Below, piece after piece: positions 51,743 through 61,358 of a stretch of DNA of 64,000 nucleotides. How positions within the stretch are numbered: the first letter of the stretch is position 1; every line of letters starts with the position of its first letter. The notes beneath the pieces were generated by a model. The model was not told where the DNA came from. It searched no databases and saw only the letters and a list, made by a program, of their open reading frames with translations. Both the position numbers and the translations under genes were made by a program. The stretch is from positions 1 through 64,000 of the forward strand of contig CAWALK010000012.1 in NCBI GenBank assembly GCA_963782915.1, given 5' to 3'. Origin of the DNA: an uncultured archaeon (GTDB lineage: Archaea > Thermoproteota > Bathyarchaeia > Bathyarchaeales > Bathycorpusculaceae).

Positions 51743-52168
51743 ATGTCTTGGCTTAAATCTATGATGGAAAAAGAACCACCAGAACCAGAGAATCCACTCG
51801 GCATAGTCGTTATCGGTAACATTGAACCAGACATGCACGACACAGCTAAAGAAGCAGTCAGACGCAGTCTAAAACGCGCAGGCTTCAAAACCATTGACGT
51901 CGGAAAAAGCGTTGCACCACAAGTATTCATTGACAAAGTCAAAGAAAACAATGCAAACTTGATCGCAGTCTCAGTTAACACTGTTCCAGCAAAGAACAAC
52001 CTAGCAAAACTAGACGAACTCCTCAAGGCAGCAGGCCTTAAAGACAAAGTCGGCATCATCATGGGCGGCGCAGCCGTTAAAAAAGAAGATGCTGATGCAC
52101 TAGGTGCACTCTTCGGCAAGAACAAAGAAGAAGCTCCAGAACTGGCAAAGAAAGCACTCAAGAAATAA
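51743..52168 (+). CDS. Stand-alone cobalamin-binding (corrinoid) protein
   Basis: GNIEPDMHDTAK (variant of DxHxxG), AGFKTIDVG, IMGGAAV; no cap domain. Confidence 0.88.
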   Translation: MSWLKSMMEKEPPEPENPLGIVVIGNIEPDMHDTAKEAVRRSLKRAGFKTIDVGKSVAPQVFIDKVKENNANLIAVSVNTVPAKNNLAKLDELLKAAGLKDKVGIIMGGAAVKKEDADALGALFGKNKEEAPELAKKALKK

Positions 52169-52188
52169 GTCCATCAGAAGTGGAAGTA

Positions 52189-53100
52189 ATGTCCTTCAAA
52201 TTCAACACAAACCAAAATATCTACACAGTTGGTAAAGCAAAAGTAGGCGGTCAGCCAGGAGAACTACCAACTTTCCTGATCGGTTCTATCTTTTGGCTAG
52301 GCCAAAAAATGGTCCAAGATGCCAACAAAGGCATTTTCGATGCAAAAGCAGCTGAACAAATCATCAACACAATGCAAACTCAAAGCGACATAACAGGTGT
52401 ACAATTTGCACTTGACATTGTCGGCACCACTGAAACTGCATTCGAAAAATACATTGACTTCGTCCCACAACACACTGACGCACCACTCATGCTCGACGCA
52501 ATGAGTCCAAAGACCAGAATGGCAGCAGCTAACTTAGCAAAGAAAATGGGCCTAACAGATAGATGCCTCTACAACTCAGTCTATAAAGGCGTAACCGATG
52601 CAGAATTGGCAAACCTCAAAGAAAGTGGCATTAAAATGTCCATTGTTCTAGCTGACGATCCTAAAGACACCACAATGGAAGGCAAAATGAAGGTTATAGT
52701 AGAAGCCTTAGCATTAGCCGAAAAAGGCGGAATCACAAAACCACTCATCGACACTGCCATTCCAGCATTCGAACCAGACATGGGCACAGCCGTCAGAACC
52801 ATTCCAATCATGAAAGAGAAGTATGGTCACCCTGTAGGCTTAGGCAGCGGTAACGTTGTCACAACCATGGGTTGGGTCAAAGCAAACGTTGCAAAAGAAT
52901 TCCGCAAGGGAACAGTAACTGCCACAAACACTATCATGCAAATGGCAGGCGCCAACTGGCTCATGATCGGACCAGCCGAACAAGCAGAATGGGTCTTCCC
53001 AGCCGTCGCAGTGACAGACACATACATTGCATCTGCCGCAGCGGACCTAGGAACACGTCCACTCGAAGAATCGCACCCGATCTACAAAGCTTTCATGTAA
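52189..53100 (+). CDS. MtrH/MtxH-family H4MPT:corrinoid methyltransferase
   Basis: VGGQPGELPTFLIGSIF, KGIFD, KYIDF, LYNS, PLIDTA, GHPVGLG, IGPAE. Confidence 0.88.
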   Translation: MSFKFNTNQNIYTVGKAKVGGQPGELPTFLIGSIFWLGQKMVQDANKGIFDAKAAEQIINTMQTQSDITGVQFALDIVGTTETAFEKYIDFVPQHTDAPLMLDAMSPKTRMAAANLAKKMGLTDRCLYNSVYKGVTDAELANLKESGIKMSIVLADDPKDTTMEGKMKVIVEALALAEKGGITKPLIDTAIPAFEPDMGTAVRTIPIMKEKYGHPVGLGSGNVVTTMGWVKANVAKEFRKGTVTATNTIMQMAGANWLMIGPAEQAEWVFPAVAVTDTYIASAAADLGTRPLEESHPIYKAFM

Positions 53101-53143
53101 AGCTTTTTCCTTTCTTTTCTTTGTTTAGAAAAAAATATTTGAA

Positions 53144-53560
53144 GTGTTTGCCCTGAAACCGCTTAGATGGTTTGAAATCGTCGTTTCGTTTACAGTATTA
53201 ACGTTAGTCGCTACTTATCTTATCTCAGCAGATTCTTACTTGGTTGGTATCCGCTATGTTTTAGGATACTCCTTCATCGTATTTCTACCAGGCTACTGCC
53301 TAGTCAACATACTCTTCCTGGGCAAAAACCGCATAGACTTCGTCGAAACCCTCGTGCTATCAATTGCCCTAAGCTTCGGCTTAACCGGCATAGTCGGCTT
53401 ATTCCTTGGCCTATCTCCTATAGGAATAACATTCGTTCCCATCACAGTATCATTAGGTACACTGGTGCTCGCTTTAGCAGCAATAGCATACATAAGAAAA
53501 AATAAGGAAAAAGAGCTACCAGTACTTCAAGTGCAAAGCCCGCAGCAAATAAGCGCCTGA
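53144..53560 (+). CDS. Membrane protein (DUF1616-like)
   Basis: RYVLG..FLPGY..IDFVETLVLSIALS. Confidence 0.75.
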   Translation: MFALKPLRWFEIVVSFTVLTLVATYLISADSYLVGIRYVLGYSFIVFLPGYCLVNILFLGKNRIDFVETLVLSIALSFGLTGIVGLFLGLSPIGITFVPITVSLGTLVLALAAIAYIRKNKEKELPVLQVQSPQQISA

Positions 53561-54898
53561 AGTTCTAACCGCTGATTTTCCGTAAGTTCCGCCTTTACGC
53601 ATCATATGCAGAACATATCCCGGGCGGAGATAGAATTGTTGGTAAGCTTTGCCTCGGAGTTCAGCTAGTTTCTCCATGCTTAACTGGGGAGTTTCAAAGG
53701 TTGGTCCGGCTGTATCGAATTTGTCAAAGTCACTGATTTTTAGCCAGCCATTCTTAACGACTTGCTCATACATTGGCGTTCCCGGATAAGGTGTTGCTAC
53801 ATAGAATCCTACGTCGTCAGGGTTAACTTTTTTCACGAATTGGATGGTTTGCTTAGCTGTTTGTTCTGTTTCGCCTGGGAAACCCAACACCACGTTTGCG
53901 ATTGTTATTAAGCCGACTTTTTGGGCTGTTTTGAAGGCTTTGAGTGTTTGATCCAGTTTAATGCTCTTGTTCATCGCTCCCAATATGGCTTCGGAGCCTG
54001 ATTCCACGCCCATCCAAACAGCGATGCAACCAGCTTTACGCATAGTCGTCATTAGTTCCCGGTCAACCATGTCAACGCGTGTGCCGCAATCCCACATTAA
54101 GTTGAGTTTTCGTGCGTTGAGTTCCTCGCAGATTTGAAGCACTCGGTTGCGGTCTACGCTAAAAGCGTCATCGTAGAAAGTAACTTGGTCGACACCGTAT
54201 TTTTCGTGGACAAACTGCATTTCATCAACCACGTTTTTGGCGCTACGCATGCGGTAACCCCTGCCAAACATTCGCACAGTGCTGCAGAAGTCACACCAAA
54301 ACACGCATCCGCGGCTGCTGACGAGTGGGACGAGAAGTTTGCCATTATGCTTGAGGTTATCAAGAGGCATAAGATGATGAGCGGGGAAGGGGATGCTGTC
54401 GAGGTCTTTGATGTATGGCCGATCAGGGTTGCGAATGGTTTTGTCGCCGTCACGATAAGTAATACCTAATACGCCATCGAGTTTGGCGCCGCTTTCGAGT
54501 TTCTCGGCTAGTTCCACAAGGGTTAATTCGCCTTCGCCTCGGACGATGATGTCAACTGCTGGGTACTCTTTGAGTGCGTTTTCATCCCAGAAAGTGCCAT
54601 GGCTTCCACCGAGGGCAATGGTGGCGTTGGGTTGAGCTTCTTTTGCGATGGTGAGAATGTGCATGGCGGATTTATAGAGAAGCGTCGTGGAGGTTGCCCC
54701 GATAAAGTCTGAAGGTGTTTCAGCGATGCGACTGCGGAAGGTTTCATAAGTTAATTTTTCGGCTTGGCAATCAATAACTTTGACTTGGTGGCCTGCTTTC
54801 TCGGCGACTGCACCCAAATATGCTAATCCCAATGGGATGAAGGGTGGATGGGAATGGACGCTTGGCGGATAAGGTGGATTGACGAGGGTAATTTTCAT
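53516..54898 (-). CDS. Cobalamin-dependent (class B) radical SAM enzyme
   Basis: LVNPP, PLGLAYL, GGSH, RGEGE, SRGCVFWCDFC, FYDDAF, GVESG, TPYPGT. Confidence 0.93.
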   Translation of the reverse strand: MKITLVNPPYPPSVHSHPPFIPLGLAYLGAVAEKAGHQVKVIDCQAEKLTYETFRSRIAETPSDFIGATSTTLLYKSAMHILTIAKEAQPNATIALGGSHGTFWDENALKEYPAVDIIVRGEGELTLVELAEKLESGAKLDGVLGITYRDGDKTIRNPDRPYIKDLDSIPFPAHHLMPLDNLKHNGKLLVPLVSSRGCVFWCDFCSTVRMFGRGYRMRSAKNVVDEMQFVHEKYGVDQVTFYDDAFSVDRNRVLQICEELNARKLNLMWDCGTRVDMVDRELMTTMRKAGCIAVWMGVESGSEAILGAMNKSIKLDQTLKAFKTAQKVGLITIANVVLGFPGETEQTAKQTIQFVKKVNPDDVGFYVATPYPGTPMYEQVVKNGWLKISDFDKFDTAGPTFETPQLSMEKLAELRGKAYQQFYLRPGYVLHMMRKGGTYGKSAVRTSGAYLLRALHLKYW

Positions 54899-55019
54899 GT
54901 TAAGTCGGCCTTGTAGAGTGATTTCTAATGTCAGATGCCATATATTGCTTTCTTAAAAAAACGGTGCCGACAGAGAAATGAGAAAAGACCGCTTTAGCGG
55001 CCAATACCCTGAAATGGGT

Positions 55020-56405
55020 TTAGGAGAGTTTTACGTGCATTGCGCGAAGTGCATAAGCCGCAGATGTTTTCAGTCCGGATCGGCCGTATGTTCCGCCTCT
55101 GCGCATCATCTTGAGCATGTAGCTTGGTCTTAGGTAGAATTTTTGGTGGGCTTTGTATTTGATTTCTCTGAGGAGTTCCATGCTTAGCTCTGGGGTTTCG
55201 AATGTTGGGGTTGCTGTGTCGTATTTGTTGAAGTCTGTTACTCTTAGCCAGCCGTTTTTGACGACTTCCTCGTACATTGGTGTCCCAGGGTATGGTGTGG
55301 CGATGTAGCAGCCGATGTCGTCTGGGTTAAGTGAATTGATGAAGTTGATGGTTTCCCATGCGGTTTCTTCTGTTTCGCCGGGGAAGCCGATGACTGCCGA
55401 GGCGATGGTCATCATGCCTGTTTTCTGCGCAGTTTTGAAGGCGTCTTTGACTTGTTCACGGTTAATTTTCTTATGCATCTTTTCAAGGATCTTGGTTGAG
55501 CCGGATTCTACGCCGAACCAAACCGTAATGCAGCCTGCTTTACGCATGATTTCAAGCAGTTCTTTGTCGACTGCGTCTACGCGTGTTTCGCAGTCCCACT
55601 CGACTTTTAGTTTGCGGTCGAGGATGTCTTGGCACATTGCGATTGTATGATTGCGGTTGATGGTGAATGCGTCGTCGTAGAAAGTGAATTGGCTTTCGCC
55701 GTATTTGTTATGGAGGGCTTCCATTTCGTCTACGACTTTGTGGGGGTTGCGAACTCTGTATCCTCTGCCGAACATTCGCACAGTGCTGCAGAAGTCGCAC
55801 CATTGTACGCATCCTCTGCTTGTGACTAGTGGGAAGATGGTTTTGCCCATGCGGTGGAATGCGTCTACTGGGAGAAGGTGGTAGGCTGGTGATGGGAGGC
55901 TGTCGAGGTTCATGAGGAATGGGCGGTCTTCATTTCGGATGATGGAGCCGTTTGGTCCCCGATAGGTTATGCCCAAAATGCTTGCAAATGATTGTTTATT
56001 TTGTAGGGCTGATAAGAGTTCGGTGAATGTGTTTTCGCCTTCGCGTCGGACGATAACGTCGATTGCGGGGCATTCGTTTAGGGCGTTTTCGTCCCAGAAG
56101 GTTACGTGGCTTCCGCCGATCATGGTGGTTGCGTTGGGGTGGACTTCTTTGGCTGCTGTTATGATGGCTTTAGCTTGGTTATAGAGCAGCGTGGTTGAGG
56201 TTACGCCGATAACATCGGGTTGTACTTGGCCGATTCGGGCTCGGAATGCCTCGACGGTGAGGCGTTCGGCTTGGCAGTCAATAACATTTACTTCATGTCC
56301 AGCCTGTTCTGCAACAGCGCCCAAATAAGCTATGCCTAATGGGATGAATGGTGGATGTGAATGAGCATTTGGAGGATAGGGTGGATTGACAAGAGTAACC
56401 TTCAC
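55020..56405 (-). CDS. Cobalamin-dependent (class B) radical SAM enzyme, paralog
   Basis: Same motifs, SRGCVQWCDFC; collinear with 53516-54898. Confidence 0.93.
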   Translation of the reverse strand: MKVTLVNPPYPPNAHSHPPFIPLGIAYLGAVAEQAGHEVNVIDCQAERLTVEAFRARIGQVQPDVIGVTSTTLLYNQAKAIITAAKEVHPNATTMIGGSHVTFWDENALNECPAIDVIVRREGENTFTELLSALQNKQSFASILGITYRGPNGSIIRNEDRPFLMNLDSLPSPAYHLLPVDAFHRMGKTIFPLVTSRGCVQWCDFCSTVRMFGRGYRVRNPHKVVDEMEALHNKYGESQFTFYDDAFTINRNHTIAMCQDILDRKLKVEWDCETRVDAVDKELLEIMRKAGCITVWFGVESGSTKILEKMHKKINREQVKDAFKTAQKTGMMTIASAVIGFPGETEETAWETINFINSLNPDDIGCYIATPYPGTPMYEEVVKNGWLRVTDFNKYDTATPTFETPELSMELLREIKYKAHQKFYLRPSYMLKMMRRGGTYGRSGLKTSAAYALRAMHVKLS

Positions 56406-56690
56406 GATTCTTAGCCCCAATATGTGACTGCTTAGACGTTAAAACGCCATATAATGTTTACGATAAAACGGTAAAACTTGGGTTTTGGCTGTGGATTGCT
56501 GTTGAGGCTGTCTTGGTTGGTGCTTTTGTAGTCGGTTGGTTTTTTATTAGTAGTTGTTGCTGTGGCTCCTTCTTATTTCGCATTGAATCAAAAGCTTGTT
56601 TGTTTGTCTGGTCAATTTTTAGCCACTTTTTAGTTCCTACACTTTACCGCGTAAGGGCTCGTGTAAAAATTATTCTACCCGATATGTATC

Positions 56691-56865
56691 TCCACATCCA
56701 CACTGCGGCCGCTTCAACATAGAGCCATGTATGGCATGTGAAGAAAAACCAATATCCCACACCGAAACAGGCGCTAAAAAACGTTGCAATCCCAAGAAGG
56801 AACCTCGGAAGCAAGCCATCTTGTGGAGAATTAAAAACCGCCACATCCACATAAAGACAAAAAAC
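56691..56865 (+). repeat. Dispersed CCACATCCACAC element, copy B
   Basis: Shares CCCACACCGAAACAGGCGC, CGTTGCAA, TCTTGTGG and CCACATAAAGA with the reverse complement of 62401-62581. Confidence 0.85.
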
Positions 56866-56895
56866 AAGTCCAAGAAATGGAACGTTTTGGGTTGT

Positions 56896-57516
56896 TTAAG
56901 CTTCTCGGATAAAATCCCTAACCAACATTAAACCCTCTTCAGTTAAGCTAAACGGTCTATTCCTATGCTGCACCGCCGAAGAAGACACCACAAAGCCTGA
57001 CCTTCGAAAATCCACCAAGATACTGCCTAAACTATTATCTGGCAAGGGATACTTGTTGAATTCACTCAATATTCTTTTGAATACTGCCAAATCAATCTGT
57101 TCCTGCTGCAAACCCATCTGAAGAGCATAAGCCACTATTCTTATAGCATCTCTTTGAGCCGGATGCGCTGTTAGAATAGGTACCCAATCTTCAGAGTCAG
57201 GTCTCTTTTGGAAGGTGAGAACCTTCTGTAGTTGCTCAACGGAGACACCTGTGTCTACGCAGATTCGCTGGTAACCTTCAAAGTCCACGTTACTGTCAAT
57301 CGGCATCTCTCCTTTGAATTTCACTTCACCCAGTCTGTCGTTGAAAATTGGTAGGCTCTCGATTATTCCTGTTTCAGGGTTCTTCTGCACATACTCAAAC
57401 ACTGTTCTAAACAGGTCTTTGCTTGAGTCTCCAAAGTACTCTATCTCTTTATTGCCCCATTTAATTCGAAAACCTAACTGCCCCGTATTACCATTGACGG
57501 CTGACATACCGCTCAA
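56896..57516 (-). CDS. Hypothetical protein (possible winged-helix C-terminus)
   Basis: 206-aa ORF; C-terminal LGSILVDFRRSGFV..FSLTEEG. Confidence 0.65.
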   Translation of the reverse strand: MSGMSAVNGNTGQLGFRIKWGNKEIEYFGDSSKDLFRTVFEYVQKNPETGIIESLPIFNDRLGEVKFKGEMPIDSNVDFEGYQRICVDTGVSVEQLQKVLTFQKRPDSEDWVPILTAHPAQRDAIRIVAYALQMGLQQEQIDLAVFKRILSEFNKYPLPDNSLGSILVDFRRSGFVVSSSAVQHRNRPFSLTEEGLMLVRDFIREA

Positions 57517-58190
57517 TCCTTATTCAAACGTTTAAGCATATAAATTTTGGCAAATAATGGCGGTGCCTGTACACAAAATAAAGCGACCAAAGAATTATCG
57601 CCCGAAAACATAACGGGCATCTGAGAAATATAAGAGAAAGCTTGAAAATTTGCCTATGCTTCCTTAACATTCGTATTGATTATTTTTATTCTCAAAAATG
57701 AGGGTTATTTGTTTTTAGCGCTTGAAGGTAAGCAAGTACGTTTTATGAGCAACCATTCTGTGCGTACGTAACTCGTCAGGATTTTTAAAATGAGCCGAGC
57801 ATATCCTGCACTTATAATTTTCTTGAAGATAAGATTTGTAATCCAACATTGAGGTATCACCTTCAAACTGTTTCTTGCAAAAACCGATTCTTTACAAGCC
57901 ATTAAAGAATGGGTTTGCCGACTTATAAAGAAAAGATTTTCTGGCAAATTTTGAGGGCACAAAAATTTTTTTTGTTCTGCTGTTAGGGCTTAATTGTTAT
58001 TGTCTTTAGTGTTTTTCATTTAATACGCTTATTAGCGTGATGGCATACTGTTAAATAAAATAAAGAGTTAGCTCATTCTTGGATTCAACCAATTAAGTGG
58101 TTGATCTTTGCGAATTCTTTCAGGTAGTGGTTTAATGAAAACAAATAAAAACGCAGCGAATAATGATCGCTTTACAGGCAAGGACCAGTT

Positions 58191-58310
58191 TTGAGTCGAC
58201 CTCACCAAAGACGTTTTGAAAGACCTGAATGCAACGGTTGCATGTACAAATCAAGCCCCTACTGCTACAACCAATGCTCGCTTAATATCTGGAAAAATCA
58301 ATACCAATAA
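58191..58310 (+). CDS. Putative 39-aa Cys-rich microprotein
   Basis: MSRPHQRRFERPECNGCMYKSSPYCYNQCSLNIWKNQYQ; AAGGA upstream of TTG. Confidence 0.4.
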   Translation: MSRPHQRRFERPECNGCMYKSSPYCYNQCSLNIWKNQYQ

Positions 58311-58314
58311 ATAA

Positions 58315-58557
58315 TCAAGTTATCCCATTGGGATTCTTAGTCAATAGCTTCAAGGCGAAAGCTTCTGCTTTAGATTCAGTTGGAAAGTCAGGTGAAATTA
58401 CTTTGGCATCTTTTTGTTCAGTTTCTTGTCCTACAAAGACAATGACATGGTAGTCACAGCTGAATTGTTTCTGAACTACCATCAAGGTTTGTCCTGTGCA
58501 TTCGTTAATGTAGCCGCCTTCGTGTTTTAGTCTCTTCCAGCCTTTGATTGTCTTGAT
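58315..58557 (-). CDS. Hypothetical 80-aa protein (missed by the ORF track)
   Basis: IKTIKGWKRLKHEGGYINECTGQTL..ISPDFPTESKAEAFA..NPNGIT; GGTGA 6 nt upstream of an ATC. Confidence 0.6.
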   Translation of the reverse strand: MKTIKGWKRLKHEGGYINECTGQTLMVVQKQFSCDYHVIVFVGQETEQKDAKVISPDFPTESKAEAFALKLLTKNPNGIT

Positions 58558-58632
58558 AAATTTTCACCTATTATTAATAAATTAGAACATGGGCAAAGCC
58601 CACGTGAGATTTTGGAATGGTTTAGGATGGAT

Positions 58633-58902
58633 TTAGCTGTGTAGTTCAACAATTGTTCCCAGTGCTTCACCAGGAACGCCATGTCGGAATTTCACTTTAA
58701 CCATGCCGTTTTTGCCATGGGCACCTTTAACTTTTCCTTGAAGCATACTTTTTCCTGCTTTCCAAGTTACTTTTTGTCCGACTAATCTGCCTGCTAACGC
58801 TGCAGAGTCTATGCCTTGGAATTCTATTAGGCATTCACTTGGTGTTTGTGATTTAGGGCCCATTCGGTAATTGGTTATTCTACCGTAAACTTTTTGTGAC
58901 AA
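58633..58902 (-). CDS. rpl35ae: 50S ribosomal protein L35Ae
   Basis: YRMGPKSQ, LVGQKVTW, GKVKGAHGKNGMVKVKF..PGEALG. Confidence 0.95.
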   Translation of the reverse strand: MSQKVYGRITNYRMGPKSQTPSECLIEFQGIDSAALAGRLVGQKVTWKAGKSMLQGKVKGAHGKNGMVKVKFRHGVPGEALGTIVELHS

Positions 58903-59058
58903 AATTATTTCCCCGTTTTAGTGGCTTTCTAAAGGTTATGCTGGCTTTTAAATATGCAGTATTCGAAACATCATTCTAAAATCATGTAGACGCTTAAGAC
59001 GCAGAAAATCGCTCAAATTGTTAAAAAGAAAAAATAAGCTTTGCCGCTTTTCGAGCAG

Positions 59059-61135
59059 CTAAAGATTAGTAGGCCAAGTTAAGGGCTCTATATTTTTAGA
59101 AGGTTTTCTACGCTTAACCAACACTATGCTAATCACTGCAATAACAACAACTATTACGACTGCTCCGATTATTAGCAATGTGTTATCGCTTTGAGGCTCG
59201 GCAGACAGCATCAGCACTACTGCCCGGGGGTTACCCTTGAACTCAAATGTTTGCTCTAATGGCGCATACCCTGTTTTCGTAATTTCAAAAGTATACGACC
59301 CATTAGCTACATTTTTGAAGGTAACATAGCCAGTTGCATTTGTGGTACCAGACAACGCCCTTGATCCAGCGGATTGGTTGACTGCACTAACCAATGCATC
59401 GCTAACGTAGTTGCCATTGCTATCTTTGATGTATAACTGTAGTTTATTCGAAACGCTGTTACCAGTTGAATTAACATTGGTGCCTGCCGTTGGAGGGAGT
59501 ACAACGGTAATTTGAGTGGTTCCAAGGGCGCTCAAGAATCCTGTTTTTGAACCATTTACAGTTATTATGCAAGTTGTTGTCTTTGAGACGGACGGTGCTG
59601 TAAAGGTTGTTTTATAGTAGCCTGCTTGGTCTTCTTGGGTTTCAGTGAATGTTCCATTGCTGTTTGATGTGAATTGCAGCGTTGCTCCTGTTATGGGGTT
59701 GTTTTCCGCTGATATGTAAGCAGTGATTTCTGTTGTGTTTGCGTTGAAAATACTTTGTGGGTTAGCTGTTAGAGTGATGGCTAATTTTGAGAAGTCGATG
59801 GTATAGGTTGTTAGTGTTGCTTGGCCTGTTGTGTACCCTGAAGCTTGGGCTGTAACAGCTGCTTCGCCGGGGACATTTGTCACGGTTAATGTTCCAGTAG
59901 TGCAGGTTTTCCCGAAAGGTATTGTTACCGTTGGGTTTACTGCAGCTACGGTTGGTTGAGAAGAGAACAGATTTACAGTTAAGTCCACTGGAGCTTTTGC
60001 CGGCCGTCCCTGTGCGTCCTGAAGTTGCACTTGGACCGCTCGATAAGCTGCTTTATCTGAAGGTAATGTCGATAGAGCACAATATACGGCTAGTTTTGAG
60101 GCGGTATAACCTGTTGTAGTGATGGTTTGGCTGGCGACTTCAAAGTTGGTTGCAGCTGCGGTAATAGTAGTTGCGCCAGCTTTGTAGGTTGAACTCAATG
60201 TGGCCAGTGCATAGGTCTTTGAAACCGGAATTGTTATTTTGGTTTCTGTTTTGCCTATGCTTTCATCGGCCGATGCTATCGTTACTGCCAGATCCGAAGA
60301 CGCCGATACCAAGGCGCCTTCATACATTATTTGAACTGCAATCTGCTTGTATGCAGAGTTATCGGCTAGAACCTTTCGTTGGCCCAGTTGAAATCACAAG
60401 TTTGCCCGAGTTTCTGATGGTTTGAGGCATGGTTGTGATGGTGGTACTTGTGGCTCCATAATCGCTGGCAATGGCAGTAACAACTGCCTGACCAGTTGAT
60501 GATGTGGTGTAAAAGGTAGCCGTGGCATAAGTTTGCCCCTCAGGAATTGTGACTTTTGCGGTAACATCCCCTACAGTTACGTTAGAGCAAGAAAGAGAGA
60601 CTTCCGTGCCTCCTCTGGGTGCTTTAGCAGGTGACAAACTAGAATCTTGCAGTTGCACCATTACCGCCTCATAGGCTCCTGCATCGGCCGGTAAAGTAGC
60701 CGGGAACCCATAGACTCCTATTGTGTAGGGTTTTGGACCAACCGTTGCTACCGGCGATTGCACGGTTGCGTAGCCAGTGGCAGCGGCTGTTATGATTGTG
60801 GTGCCGGGTGTGAATGTAGCGTAAAAGTTTGCTGTTGTGTAGGTGGCGCCTTTTGGTATGGTTGCTGTCTGGTCTACTGTTCCGATTTCTGTGATGGAGG
60901 TTGAGAGGCTTATGGTTGTGTCTTGGAGGGCTCGGGCGGGGTTTCCGTTTGTATCTTGCAATTGTACAAAAATGCAGTTGTATGTGCTGTTGTCTGCGGG
61001 TAGGCTTGGTGGGTTTACGCTGATTTCCAGTTTTGTTGGGTTATAACTTATGTCGGAGGAAACTTGCCCAATGAGTAGTGAGGAGCAAATGATCATGGAA
61101 ATTATTATAATAGCGGTTAGTATTTTTCTGCTCAT
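59059..61135 (-). CDS. Large Ig-like repeat surface protein (frameshift near 60370)
   Basis: Signal peptide; repeated LPAD..Y..VQLQD..PAxA units; carboxypeptidase-regulatory-like segment; TM plus basic tail. Confidence 0.85.
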
Positions 61136-61358
61136 TCTCTGTTTCTCCTTTTTTGTTAACTGTAATTCTGTATTACTAGTATACAGCAAGTAAAAATTGC
61201 AGCGTGTAATAAGACTTGCTATATTATATACAGTTTGTAGTCTTGTCCTAATGTTGTACAAAAGGTTGATTTTATACGATCATAATTTTGCGAGAAAACA
61301 GCACACGAGAAAGGAATGTTAAAACTAAAAAAAATAAAACAAAAAGGAAAGGGGAAAA

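Noticed and set aside
57705-57962. 85-aa ORF in AT-rich intergenic DNA
   Set aside because: No RBS, atypical composition, no recognisable motif
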